Virus record (IMG/VR): IMGVR_UViG_3300008448_000045
Location: 1 to 64,000 of that record
Length of the DNA: 64,000 bases
Reading direction: 5' to 3' (one strand)
From: a virus
The position numbers were made by a program, and so were the translations under genes. Positions 16,463 through 28,900 of this stretch are shown one piece after another. Position 1 is the stretch's first letter; every line of letters begins with the position of its first letter. Under the pieces are notes generated by a model. The model had not been told where the DNA came from, did no database searches, and saw only the letters and a list, made by a program, of their open reading frames with translations.

Positions 16463-19400
16463 ATGAGTGTTACCAATAGACAGAATAGATTACTAGTTAC
16501 ACAAGACTGGAAAAAAGTTTATCAATCTTTTAAAAACGCAGATTTTCAAAGCTACGATTTTGAAAATTTACGTCGTACAATGATTGATTATATTCGAACT
16601 AACTATCCTGAAGATTTCAACGACTATATTGAGTCAAGTGAATATCTTGCACTTATTGATTTAATTGCTTTTTTAGGGCAAAGTATTGCATTTAGAGTTG
16701 ATCTAAATGCTCGCGAAAACTTTTTAGAATTAGCAGAACGTCGTGACAGTGTATTACGCCTAGCACGGATGATTAGTTATAATGCTAAACGCAATATTCC
16801 AAGCCAAGGACTTTTAAAGTTTACTACAATTTCAACAACTGAGAATGTTATTGACAGCAACGGTAGAAATCTTGCTAATCAAACAGTATCTTGGAACGAC
16901 CCAAGTAATTCAAACTGGTATGATCAGTTTATTAAAATAATTAATGCCGCACTACCCGGCACTCAACAATTTGGTAATCCAGCAGATAGCGGTAATGTCT
17001 ACGGCATACCAACAGAACAATATAGATTTCAAAGTTCAAATACTAATGTTCCGATTTATGCTTTTACTAAAATTGTAGATGGACGATCTATGAATTTTGA
17101 AATTACTAGTACAGTATTTTCAAATAACGGATACATTTACGAAGAACCACCAAAACTTGGAAACAAATTATCTTTCATATATAGAGATGATGGCCGTGGA
17201 TTAGGTAGTGCCTCTAGCGGATTCTTTTTAAACTTTACAGAAGGTACTCTGAATACAGGTACTTTTACTATTAATCAACCTAGTAGTAATCAATCTGTTG
17301 ACATAGATGCACAAAATATTAATAATAACGATGTTTGGTTGTATAGTTTAGACACTATTGGTGCAGAATCAAATTTGTGGACTCAGGTATCTAACTTTAA
17401 AGGTAACAACGTAATTTATAATAGTATTAATAAAGATATAAGAAACATTTATTCCGCAATTACTAGAGCAAATGACACTATTAGTTTGCAGTTTAGCGAT
17501 GGAATATTTGGTGATTTACCTCGAGGCACTTTTAGAACTTATTATAGAACTAGCAACGGATTGCAATATACAATTAATCCAAGAGATATAAGAAATGTTT
17601 CTATTAACATAAATTATTTTTCAGCTCAAGGCCAGCAACAAACTTTAACAGTTACTCTTGCACTGTCTTCAAGTGTTTCTACTTCGTCTGTTACGGAGTC
17701 AAACGAAAGCATAAAAGCAAATGCACCTGCAAACTACTACACTCAAAGTAGAATGATTACAGGAGAAGACTATAACATTAGTCCGTTAGCTGTAAGTTCT
17801 CAAATAGCAAAAATTAAAGCCGTTAACAGATCAAGTAGCGGTGTTAGCAGATATTTTGATCTAGCAGACCCTACTGGCAAATACAGTTCTACAAAATTAT
17901 TTGCTGATGACGGAATTCTATATACTGAAAACTACAATGGTAGTTTAAGATTTAGTTACAAGAATAAAACTGATATCGAAGGCATCGTATACAATGATGT
18001 TTATGATTTATTAAGACGTCCTAATCTAAAACATTTTTATTATTCTAATAATGTAAGTTTAATTACGGCTAGTTTAAATGTTGTGTGGAACATGGTGACA
18101 CAAGATACTGGCATGTCTACCGGGTATGTTGGAAATTTAACAGATGGAATCATTTATAAAGTTGGATCATTTACTCCAACTGATTTAAAATTTTTAAAAC
18201 CAAATGCACTTGTTAAATTCAACGCTCCACCTGGTTATTATTTTGATACAAATAAATCTAACAAGCTAGTGTTAGGGTCGTCTGCTGAAAAAGGCGCCTT
18301 AACGTCTATTTGGGCAGAAGTTATTAGTGTAGTCGACGACGGAACAGCATCGGGCAAAGGTGTATTAAATTCAGGATTTGGCCCAATAACACTTAATAAG
18401 ACAGTTCCTAGTAACTCAATTATTAGTGAAGTCATTTCTCCATGGAGAATGTCTATTGAAAGTAGTGTAATTACCACTATGATTGATTTAATCTTCAATA
18501 ATAAACCGTTTGGTTTGAGATATGACTCTTCAGTCCAACAATGGAAAATTGTATTTGAAACTAATTTAAACACGGTTTCAAATTTTAGCCTAGCCAATGC
18601 TGGCGATATTACAGGTAAATCGTTAGATGCAAGTTGGATGTTGTTGTTTACAACGGACAACGAGTTTTATACTATAACCACTCGAGAGCAACAGTATATT
18701 TTTGAAAGTGAAAATCAATTAAGATTCTTCCTTGACGATCAATCAGATATCTACGACAGCACTACACGATTAGTTATTAAAGATACGTTATCAGTATTAG
18801 GAATCAATTCTCAACCAGACACAAATATGCCTTATACAGTTGATCATATTTGGGAAATAGTGTCAGAGTTTAACGGATTAGATGGATATGTTGATAATAA
18901 AAAAATCATTGTAAGTTTTGCCGATTCAGACAATAACAGCGTTGTTGATAACCCTGACTTATTCTTAAATATTGTATCACCGTTAACTAACGTTACTAAA
19001 AAATATATTTTACAAGAAAAATATACAATAGCTGAAGGCCAGGATGATTATAGATATGTTTCTAATCACGATGATAAAGTTATTATTTTAGATAGCGAAG
19101 GGTCTGTTGGATCAAAACAAAAATACGTTGCAGGCCAACACTTTTATTTTATTGATAAAAAAGTTGTAAAACAATTGAACTCAACAAAAGACGAACTTAT
19201 TCCTAGTTTAAATTATAAACTTTTTGTTGGAAGAGATAGTTTAAAGTTTCAATATAATCATTATGCAAAGTATGATTCAAGAATTGACCCAGGCGTGAGC
19301 AATTTAATTGATGTATTTGTATTAATTAAGAATTACGATATTGCATTTAGACAATGGTTACTCAAACCAACACTCTCTAAACCATTGCCCCCTAGCTCGG

Positions 19401-19930
19401 CTGAGATATTTGACTCAATTTCACCAGAGTTAAACTTAATAAAATCAATAAGCGATGAAATAATTTATCATCCGGCAAGCTACAAGATACTTTTTGGATC
19501 AATGGCCGAGTTAGAATTGCAAGCAAGTTTTAAGGTTGTTAAAAATCCTTCACAGGTCATATCAGATAGCGATATAAAGTTACAAGTTGTTACAGCCATT
19601 AACCAATTTTTTAATTTAAGCAATTGGGAATTTGGCGACACATTCTATTTTACAGAGTTAGCTACCTACGTAACTTCTACTCTAGCACCAAACATAGCAA
19701 ATTTTGTTATTGTTCCTAGAAAAGAAGGTTTAAATTTTGGTAGTCTTTTTGAAGTTAAATCTGCAAGTGATCAGTTGTTTATAAGTGGAGCAACTGTTGA
19801 CGATGTTGAAGTTGTTACAGGATTAACATCAAGTTCTATTAAAGCAATAACTAGTACACAAGCAGATGCGGTTAACATCACCCAACAAAATGTTACAAGT
19901 TCACCCTACGGAGTAATGAATGGCAGATAA
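16463..19930 (+). CDS. gp6: Baseplate wedge protein, gp6-like (1155 aa)
   Basis: DFE.L, DF.DY, E.FL..A.RR.SV..LA....Y, F.DG.FG..P and ES.ESIK.NAP..Y.TQ.R..T.EDY motifs. Confidence 0.85.
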   Translation: MSVTNRQNRLLVTQDWKKVYQSFKNADFQSYDFENLRRTMIDYIRTNYPEDFNDYIESSEYLALIDLIAFLGQSIAFRVDLNARENFLELAERRDSVLRLARMISYNAKRNIPSQGLLKFTTISTTENVIDSNGRNLANQTVSWNDPSNSNWYDQFIKIINAALPGTQQFGNPADSGNVYGIPTEQYRFQSSNTNVPIYAFTKIVDGRSMNFEITSTVFSNNGYIYEEPPKLGNKLSFIYRDDGRGLGSASSGFFLNFTEGTLNTGTFTINQPSSNQSVDIDAQNINNNDVWLYSLDTIGAESNLWTQVSNFKGNNVIYNSINKDIRNIYSAITRANDTISLQFSDGIFGDLPRGTFRTYYRTSNGLQYTINPRDIRNVSININYFSAQGQQQTLTVTLALSSSVSTSSVTESNESIKANAPANYYTQSRMITGEDYNISPLAVSSQIAKIKAVNRSSSGVSRYFDLADPTGKYSSTKLFADDGILYTENYNGSLRFSYKNKTDIEGIVYNDVYDLLRRPNLKHFYYSNNVSLITASLNVVWNMVTQDTGMSTGYVGNLTDGIIYKVGSFTPTDLKFLKPNALVKFNAPPGYYFDTNKSNKLVLGSSAEKGALTSIWAEVISVVDDGTASGKGVLNSGFGPITLNKTVPSNSIISEVISPWRMSIESSVITTMIDLIFNNKPFGLRYDSSVQQWKIVFETNLNTVSNFSLANAGDITGKSLDASWMLLFTTDNEFYTITTREQQYIFESENQLRFFLDDQSDIYDSTTRLVIKDTLSVLGINSQPDTNMPYTVDHIWEIVSEFNGLDGYVDNKKIIVSFADSDNNSVVDNPDLFLNIVSPLTNVTKKYILQEKYTIAEGQDDYRYVSNHDDKVIILDSEGSVGSKQKYVAGQHFYFIDKKVVKQLNSTKDELIPSLNYKLFVGRDSLKFQYNHYAKYDSRIDPGVSNLIDVFVLIKNYDIAFRQWLLKPTLSKPLPPSSAEIFDSISPELNLIKSISDEIIYHPASYKILFGSMAELELQASFKVVKNPSQVISDSDIKLQVVTAINQFFNLSNWEFGDTFYFTELATYVTSTLAPNIANFVIVPRKEGLNFGSLFEVKSASDQLFISGATVDDVEVVTGLTSSSIKAITSTQADAVNITQQNVTSSPYGVMNGR

Positions 19931-22900
19931 AACAAATCCAAATGCAAATTTTGGAAACATAACATCGGCAGACTTTTTGCCAAAGTTTTATCAAACTACG
20001 GCAAATAAAAAGTTTTTACAGGCAACAGTAGATCAATTAATTCAACCTGGCACTGTTAAAAAAATTAATGGATACATTGGTCAAGAAAACGCCAAGGCTA
20101 CCTCCGGAGATGATATTTTTATTAAAGCTGCTAATAGTGTCCGACAGCAGTACCAGCTTGAACCGGGATTTATAGTAACTGACGAATTAGGTAATAATAA
20201 TTTTTTTAAAGATTATCAAGATTATATTAACCAACTAGGGGTGTTTGGTGGTAATACTAAAGATCATTCTAGATTAAATCAACAAGAGTTTTATTCTTGG
20301 GATCCACATATTGATTGGGATAAGTTTGTAAATTTCCAAAATTATTATTGGTTGCCGTACGGACCAGACGCTATAGAAATTTCCGGCCAACAAGAAAAAA
20401 TTGAAAGTGTTTATAAAGTAAGATTAGAATCACAGTTAAGCAATAATGCTTATATTTTTACTCCTGACGGCTTTGAGAGAAATCCTTCATTAAAACTTTA
20501 CAAAGGTCAAACTTATATTTTTGAAATTGATAGTCCTAGTAATCCTTTTGTTATTAAAACACACAGGTCTTCAGGTACATTAGACAAATATCTAAGTGAT
20601 CTTCTTGTTTATAAAACAGCAGACGAAAAAATTACAGAAGCTGTTGAAAGCGGAACTATTACATTTACTGTTCCGTTTGACTGCCCTGATATTTTATTTT
20701 ATGTTAGCACAACAGATGTGAATGTTGGCGGAGTAATCTATGTAACATCAATTGAAGAAAATACATCAATTAATGTTGAAGAAGAAGTACTAGGTAAAAA
20801 GAACTATCATCTTCCTGCCGGATTTAATCTTAGCAACGGCATGAAGGTAAGATTTGTTGGAAATGTTACACCGGAAAAATATAAAGACACTAACTGGTAT
20901 GTAGAGGGTGTAGGCAATGAGATATCTTTAATTAACGAAAAAGATTTAGATATTGTTGGCAAATATACAGATATAGAGTCTGTGTTATTTGATAGCACCC
21001 CATTTGATAGTTTACCTTTTAGCGATGCAACAACATTTGCAGGCCAAAAAGATTATATTGTTATTAATCGTGCAAGCTCTGATAGGAATCCTTGGTCAAG
21101 ATATAATAGATGGTTTCACAAAGACGTTGTTGAAACTAGTGCTAAAATAAATGGACAAAATACTGCAAACTTGGACCAAGATGCTAGAGCTGTTAGGCCT
21201 ATTATTGAATTTGAAGCAGGCTTAAAATTATTTAATTTTGGTTTAAATTCCATTTCAAATATTGACCTAATTGACACGTTTACAAAAGACGTTTTTTCAA
21301 ATATTGAAGGTCAATTGGGGTACAATATTGACGGTGTTCAAATAATTGAAGGACATAGAATTTTATTTGTTGCCGACGAAGATATTTTAGTTAACAACAA
21401 AATATATCGAGTTGAATTTTTAACCTACGAAGGCGAAAGAAGAATACACTTGCAAGAAGAAGTTTCTCCTAATATCAACGACGTATTGGTTATTGATGCT
21501 GGAGAAATAAATCAAGGGTTGGCCTATTGGTTTAATGGCACATCTTGGGATTTAGCCCAGCAAAAAAATACAGTAAATCAACCTCCTCTATTTGATGTTT
21601 TTGATAATAATTTAATTAGCTTTGGTGATGTAACAGAGTATCCAGGATCAACTTTCATTGGTACAAAAATATTTTCTTACAAAATTGGTCTAGGATCTAA
21701 TGATTTAAAATTAGGATTTCCTTTAACTTATAAAAATATTAGTAACATTGGTGATATTGTATTTGAGTTTAATCTTTCTTGGGATACATTTCAATATAAG
21801 ACAGACAGTAATCTGGTAACACAAAAAATTGATGTTGGATATTTGTATAAAAAATCTAATTACAGCCACAATTATATTAACGGTTGGCAAACTTGTAAGA
21901 CAACTACAACACAAGCAGCAATTAGAATATACAAAAATTCTAATATTACAAATAATTTTAAGTTAGACATCTTTGACAATGTTGATCAGCTAGAAGATCT
22001 CATAATTAAAGTTTACGTCAACGGAGTTAGATTAGATGGTGCTAAGTGGTCTTTAATTACAAATAATAGTTTTAAAGAAATATTGTTAAATGAAGACATT
22101 AAAACATCTGATGTATTGACAATAAAAGCATATACAGCTCAACCTGTAAACAACAATGGGTATTATGAAGTCCCAATAAATTTACAGAACAATCCATTAA
22201 ATGAACCAGTTCAACTGTTCACATTAGGTGAAGTTATTGATCATGTATCTTCGATAGAAAATAATGTTCCTTTTACTGGACCGTTAAGAGATTTAGGAAA
22301 TATTACTCAGTACGGAACACGATTTGTACAACACAGTGGGCCATTAAGTTTAGCAATTTACCATTTAACAAATGAGAAAAATAATATTGTAAAAGCAATA
22401 GAATTAGCTCGAGACGACTACGGTAAATTTAAACGACAATTTATTTTAATTGCTGACAAGTTTGGAGAAGATATTGATATACCTTCACAGGTAGATAAGA
22501 TTCTTCAAATTATGAATAAAGACAAGCCTAAAAATAGTCCTTACTATTTTAGCGACATGGTTCCTTTTATTTCTTGTGTTAGCAATGAGTATGAAGTTAT
22601 TGATTCAAGAATAAAAACATATCCATTAATTAATAATTTTAACCTAGATACTTTATCATCAAGAGCTGTATTAGTATACATTAACGGAACACAAAAACTT
22701 GCAAGAAAAGATTACACATTTAATGATCAAGGGTTTATTGTTATCACATCTTCTATTAATGTAGGAGATAAGATTAAAATTTGTGAGTATGAAAATACAA
22801 GTGGCTGTTTTATGCCACCTACTCCTACTAAATTAGGTTTGTGGCCTGCCTACGAACCAAAAATTTATCTTGATACTAGTTTAGTAACACCTAGGGTAAT

Positions 22901-25900
22901 GATACAAGGACATGACGGTAGTCAAATTTTAGCTTACGGTGACTATAGGGATGTTTTATTATTAGAGTTAGAAACAAGAATATTTAATAATATTAAAGTT
23001 ACATACGATACATCTATTTTTGACATATGGGATATTGTTCCCGGATATAATAGAAAAAATAATTATTCTTTAGAAGAATACAACAATGTTCTTGCTCCTT
23101 CTTTTTATAAGTGGAGTAGTTTAGTAAATAAAGATTTTACAAAACCTTTAAGTTTTGATAAAACTAATTCTTTAACTTTTAATTATAAAGATAACTTTTC
23201 ACTTAACGGAACTGATGTTCCAGGATACTGGAGAGGAATTTATAGATGGATGCTAGATACTGATCGTCCAAATATTGCCCCGTGGGAAATGTTAGGATTT
23301 TCAATACAGCCAACATGGTGGGAAGATGTATATGGTCCTGCTCCGTACACTAGTGACAATTTAATTCTATGGAACGATTTAGCAGACGGTATTATTAGAA
23401 AACCTAACAGTCCTGCTGTTTCAAACAAAAAGTTTCAAAGACCATTTTTAAAAACAAACATTCCTGTTAACGATCAAGGAAACATTATAAGTCCTGCCAC
23501 TTCAGGATTGGTCAACGGCGTTATTATGCCGTCAATCGTTGACAATTTTGTCTTTGGCGATGTTAGCCCAGTTGAAGCAGCATGGCGCCGTAGTAGTTAT
23601 TATTCTTTTAGTGTTATATTAGCAGCTATTTTATTACAACCAGCTAAAACATTAGGTTCTTGTTTTGACTTATCAAGAACTAAAAGGAATCTTGCAGGAC
23701 AGTTAATTTACTCAGACACTGGATTACGTATAGCACCGTCGGACCTTAAAATACCAAACGTCTACACAAGTACTGAACGAACACAAACAGCTGGCTTAAT
23801 TAATTACATAATTGATTACATCGTAAGCGATAATTTAAGTTTGTACAATGCCTACATTTACGATCTTAAAAATTTGCAGGCAAGACTTACTCACAGAATA
23901 GGCGGCTTTACTAGTAAAGAAAAATTTAATTTACTGTTAGACAGTAAAACTCCAACCAGTAAAGGAAGCGTGTTTATACCGCAAGAAGACTATTCAATTA
24001 TATTGAACAGTTCAAGTCCAATTAAAAAGTTAAGTTATAGTGGTGTTATAATTACAAAATTACCTATTGGGTTTGGCACTGGCTTTGGATTTGAAGTTAA
24101 GGGCTACAGCAAAACAACCCCATACTTTATCTATTACCCATATACACAACCTGGTAGTATAGTAAACGTTGGCGGGATATCAGAGGCATTTACAACTTGG
24201 TCAACAAATTCTCGCTATGCCGCAGGAAAGATTGTTTCTTATAATAATAATTTTTTTAGATCAAAAGTTTTACATACTACAACAGATGAATTTATCCCAA
24301 CCTTTTACGAAGTATTAGGATCCCTACCAGTTGTAGGCGGCCAAACAGCGTACATAAGAGATACATGGGATAAAACTAGTCCACAAACTATACCCTATGG
24401 TACAACATTTTATACGATTCAAGAAGTAGTTGATTTTCTATTAGGCTACGGAGAATGGCTAAAAGATCAAGGCTTTGTATTTGATGATTTTAATACGGCT
24501 ATGGAAGCAATAGCTAATTGGGAAACTAGTGCAAAAGAGTTTTTGTTTTGGACTACCCAAAATTGGTCTATAGGCAAGGATAAATGGAAAGAATGGAAAC
24601 CTAATACATTCATATCTGTGGGGTCAGTAGTTCGATATAATTCAGAGTATTACAGGGCAATTGTTGATGCTCAAGAATCGACAATTTTTGTTGAGCAAAA
24701 TTATGTTAAATTAGACTACTTAACTGACCTAGGAAGTTCAGTTATTAGTTTAAGTCCTAGTGCAAATAAAATTTCTTTCAAAGCTGAGTTGTCAATTGCA
24801 GAAGATATTAGAAATCCTTTTAATCCGTACGAAATCGTTAAGGTAGACGGAACGCCAATTTTACCAGAATTTATAAATTCTTACAGAAAAGAAAATAACA
24901 TGAGCTACTCGTCGACTAATGGCGACGGAATTTACGGTGCTTCATTTTACTTAATACAAAAAGAACAAGTAGTGGTGTTGAATAACTCTACTATGTTTAA
25001 TGATACTATCTATAGTACTTCAAGTGGTTATAGACAGCAAAGAATAAAAGCTGCAGGTTATGTAAGCACTAATTGGCAAGGGTCGTTTGACGTGCCAGGA
25101 TTTATTTTTGATCAAGCATACATACTTCCTTGGGAACCTTGGAAAGATTATGTGCTAGGAGATATTGTTAGATATAAAGAATTTTATTATACTGCCATAA
25201 CATCTTTGCCAGGAGCTGAAATATTTGATCTTGAAAGTTGGACAAAATTAGACAAAACTCCAAGCCCGGAATTGTTGCCTAATTGGAATTACAAAGCTAC
25301 ACAGTTTACTGATTTTTATAATCTAGACAGCGACAATTTTGATATTAGTCAACAAAAAGTAGCGCAACATTTAATAGGTTATCAAAAGAGACAGTACCTT
25401 GAAAATATTATTCAAGACGACGTAAGTGAGTTTAAATTTTATCAAGGAATGATAGGCGAAAAAGGCACTAATAATGCACTTAATAAATTATTTGATGTCT
25501 TAAGTGCCAGCAATAAAGAAAGTGTTGATTTTTTTGAAGAATGGGCTTTACGTGTAGGACAGTACGGTGCTAGTCAGTCTTTTGATTCTCTAGAGTTTAT
25601 TCTGGATGAAAGATTATTTAAAAACAATCCTCAAGGATTTGAACTAGTAAATGAAACTAACTCAAATACTTTTGATTTTATAATTCGCCAAACTCCGGCA
25701 GATGTCTATCTTAAACCGTTAGGGTATAATAGTAAACCTTGGAGATTATTAACAAATAATTCTTCTTATTTAAGATCTCCAGGATATGTTAGACCCGACT
25801 CTGTTAAACTGTTGTTAAGATCAATTGACGACATAGTTAATGAAGATGTGACAAGTTTTGTTGAAGGTGAGCATGTTTGGTGCGGCTTTGAAGGCGCATC

Positions 25901-28900
25901 GTGGAATGTTTACAGATACACTGAAACTAATCTACAAGTAACAAATGCTGTTTATAAGACTGATACTAAAGAATTAATAATTACTACAAAAACTAACGTT
26001 AATTTAGTTCCGGGTACTTACATTGGAATTAATCAAACTAAAAAAATTAATGGATTTTATAAAATAAATTCTGTTAATAAAGATTCTTTTACAGTCTCAG
26101 CAATAATTACACCGGCCCCTGCAAAGTTTGAAGATCAAAAAAGTATCCTTATTTTTAAGTTTGACCCTCAGCGAATATCGTCAATTGACCTAGCAGATGA
26201 AGTAACACCGGCGTATCCTAACGCTGGGGAAATAATTTGGACGGACGACGCCGGAAATGGTAAGTGGGCTTCTTGGAAGTATACACCTGTATATGACGAG
26301 AATAGAATTGCTAACATTTCTCCTGCATATAATTTGCAAGTTGGAAAACAGGTTGCTATAAATTCGGCCTCAACTATTGCAGCATCTTCTAGCTTAACTG
26401 GAACGGTGACAGTTTATGACAGGCCTAATTTACTTTCTCCTTGGATTTTAAGAGACGACATTGATCCACCTTTTATTTCTAATCAACAGTTAGGCGTGGA
26501 AACATCTAGATACGAAGGTAGCGTCCTTTCTATAACAAGTGATGCAAGATGGTTAGCAACCGGAACGCCAACAGCAAGTAGAGTTACAACAAAATATTTA
26601 GGTAACTGGAACCAATCAACATCTTATCAAGTAGATGATATTGTTTCCTTTAACAACACGTTTTGGAAAGCAATCCAAACATCGTCAGCGACCCAACCGT
26701 CTGCAACTGGGACTAAATGGGACGAGATTTATTATATTCCTGTAAATCGTTCTGGAAATAATTCGTCTTTAGTGGGACAGGGTATCATTTCCTTGTACCA
26801 AAAAGACAGTAACAACATTTTTACCTTAGTCGATAGTATTGTTAGTCCAGAGCCTAGTGCTAATGAAAACTTTGGTTCTACTATTACTTTTGGAAATAAT
26901 TGTTTGTTTGTTGGAGCTACTGGCTCAGATAACAGCAGCGGAAAGGTATATCAGTTTAACTACGAAACTATTGTAATGGCGTCGAGTCCTTATAATCCTA
27001 GCGGTAGCAACGGTACTAGATTAAAAGTATCATCTACTGTCGGTATATCAGCAGATATGCTAGTTTCTGGTATAGGTTTCAATAAAGGGCAATATGTAGT
27101 ATTAATTCTTGATTCTACAACACTTCAACTAAGCGACCCGCCAGATCAAACGCCTGACGGTATTTTAAATTTTACTGTTACTAAGTGGAAGTATGTAGGT
27201 AAAAAAACCGCAGGATCGCAAGCAAAAATTCAATTTGGCAAATCAATTGCAATTAGCAAAGATTCGTCTACTCTGTTGATTTCAGCACCAGGCACAACCA
27301 CCTTCTTGACAAACAACACAGTAGATGTTAACGGAATTGTTTTTGTTTATAAAAATATTGGAAATAATATATATGAACAATCTCAAGATCCAATTGTTGG
27401 TGCAGATGTAAAATTTGGTGAAGGATTGGCTGTTTCAGACACTGGAGAATATATAGCAATATCTTCGGTGTTGTTTGATGGTTTAAAATTAGATCAAGGA
27501 AAAGTTTTAGTTTATAAAACAACAACATCTACAACTGCGGTACATGCATCAGATCTTATTCCTGGCAGAGTATATAAAATTAATTCTGCTGGATCAACAA
27601 ACTTTATAAATGCCGGAGCATTTGAAAATAAAGTAGGCGAAACATTTACTGCTACAAATAATTTAGTAGTAGCTCAAGGAAATCTTGAAGTAGGAAAATC
27701 TTACAAAATTTCTTCAATTGGAACAACAGATTTTACTCTTATCGGAGCAGCATCAAATACACTAGGATTAGAGTTCATTGCAACATCTACTGGTACAGTA
27801 GGGTCAAGATTTTTAGTAAACGGAAAAACTTATAGAATAAAAACATTAGGAGATACTAATTGGGCTAGTGTTGGCGCAGTTTCTGCTACCTTCGAAGCAA
27901 GCATTATAAATGCAACCATGACAGTGTTTTCAGTAGCATCGGGAACACTACAGCCAGAGCAAGGTATTTCTGGAGTCGGAATCGTTGCGGGTACTTATAT
28001 TATAAATCAACTCACTGGCACACCAGGCCAAGCAGGCACATATACAGTTAGTATCAACCAGCCATCTTTAGTATCAAATACTACTGTAAAATCTTTTGCT
28101 GTTGGAATGACATTCCAAGCAACTGGCGCTAGCTCAGCCCTTGCAACCGGAACAGCCGTTCAAGGAACCGGCGTTGTTACTACAACAGGTATAGTAAATC
28201 AAATTTTATATACCCAGTATCAAGAAATTTTAAGTAAGACACCTGGGGTAGCAGAATTTTTTGGATCTAAAATATCATTCTTAAATGATTCAGAAAGCCT
28301 TGTAATTTTTAGTCCCAATGCTACAGTTAAAAACATTGTTACTTTTGATAATAATGGAACTACATTCGACGATGAGACAACGGACTTTTTATATAATAAA
28401 CCAAATACTGGTCGAGTAGATGTTTATGATAAGTATTCAGAAAAATGGATCTTTGCTGAAAGCCTTACGAATAAAACTCAAGGTTCAGGCTACGGACATG
28501 CAATAGCTGTTGGCTACAATACAGTATTAGTTGGAGCACCTTACGAGTATGATAGATTTAGTTTCTCAGGAAAAGTTTTTACATATCAAAAATTAAGAAA
28601 TTCTTATAGCTGGAAAATTTTAAATTCTGAAGGTAATAAGGTAGATTTAACTAAGATTAAACAGGCGTTTTTGTACAATAGCCGATCTAATAAAGTTATT
28701 ACACAGTTAGATGTTGTCGATGTAGTACAAGGTAAGTTACCAAAGATTGCCAACGAAGAAATCAAATATAAAACTTTTTATGATCCAGCAATTTACTCGT
28801 CTGGATTAGATAATGTTAATGTAGACGAAGGCGCCGCCTGGACTAAAGAATATGTTGGGCAACTATGGTGGGATTTAAGAACAGCTAAGTTTATTGACAG

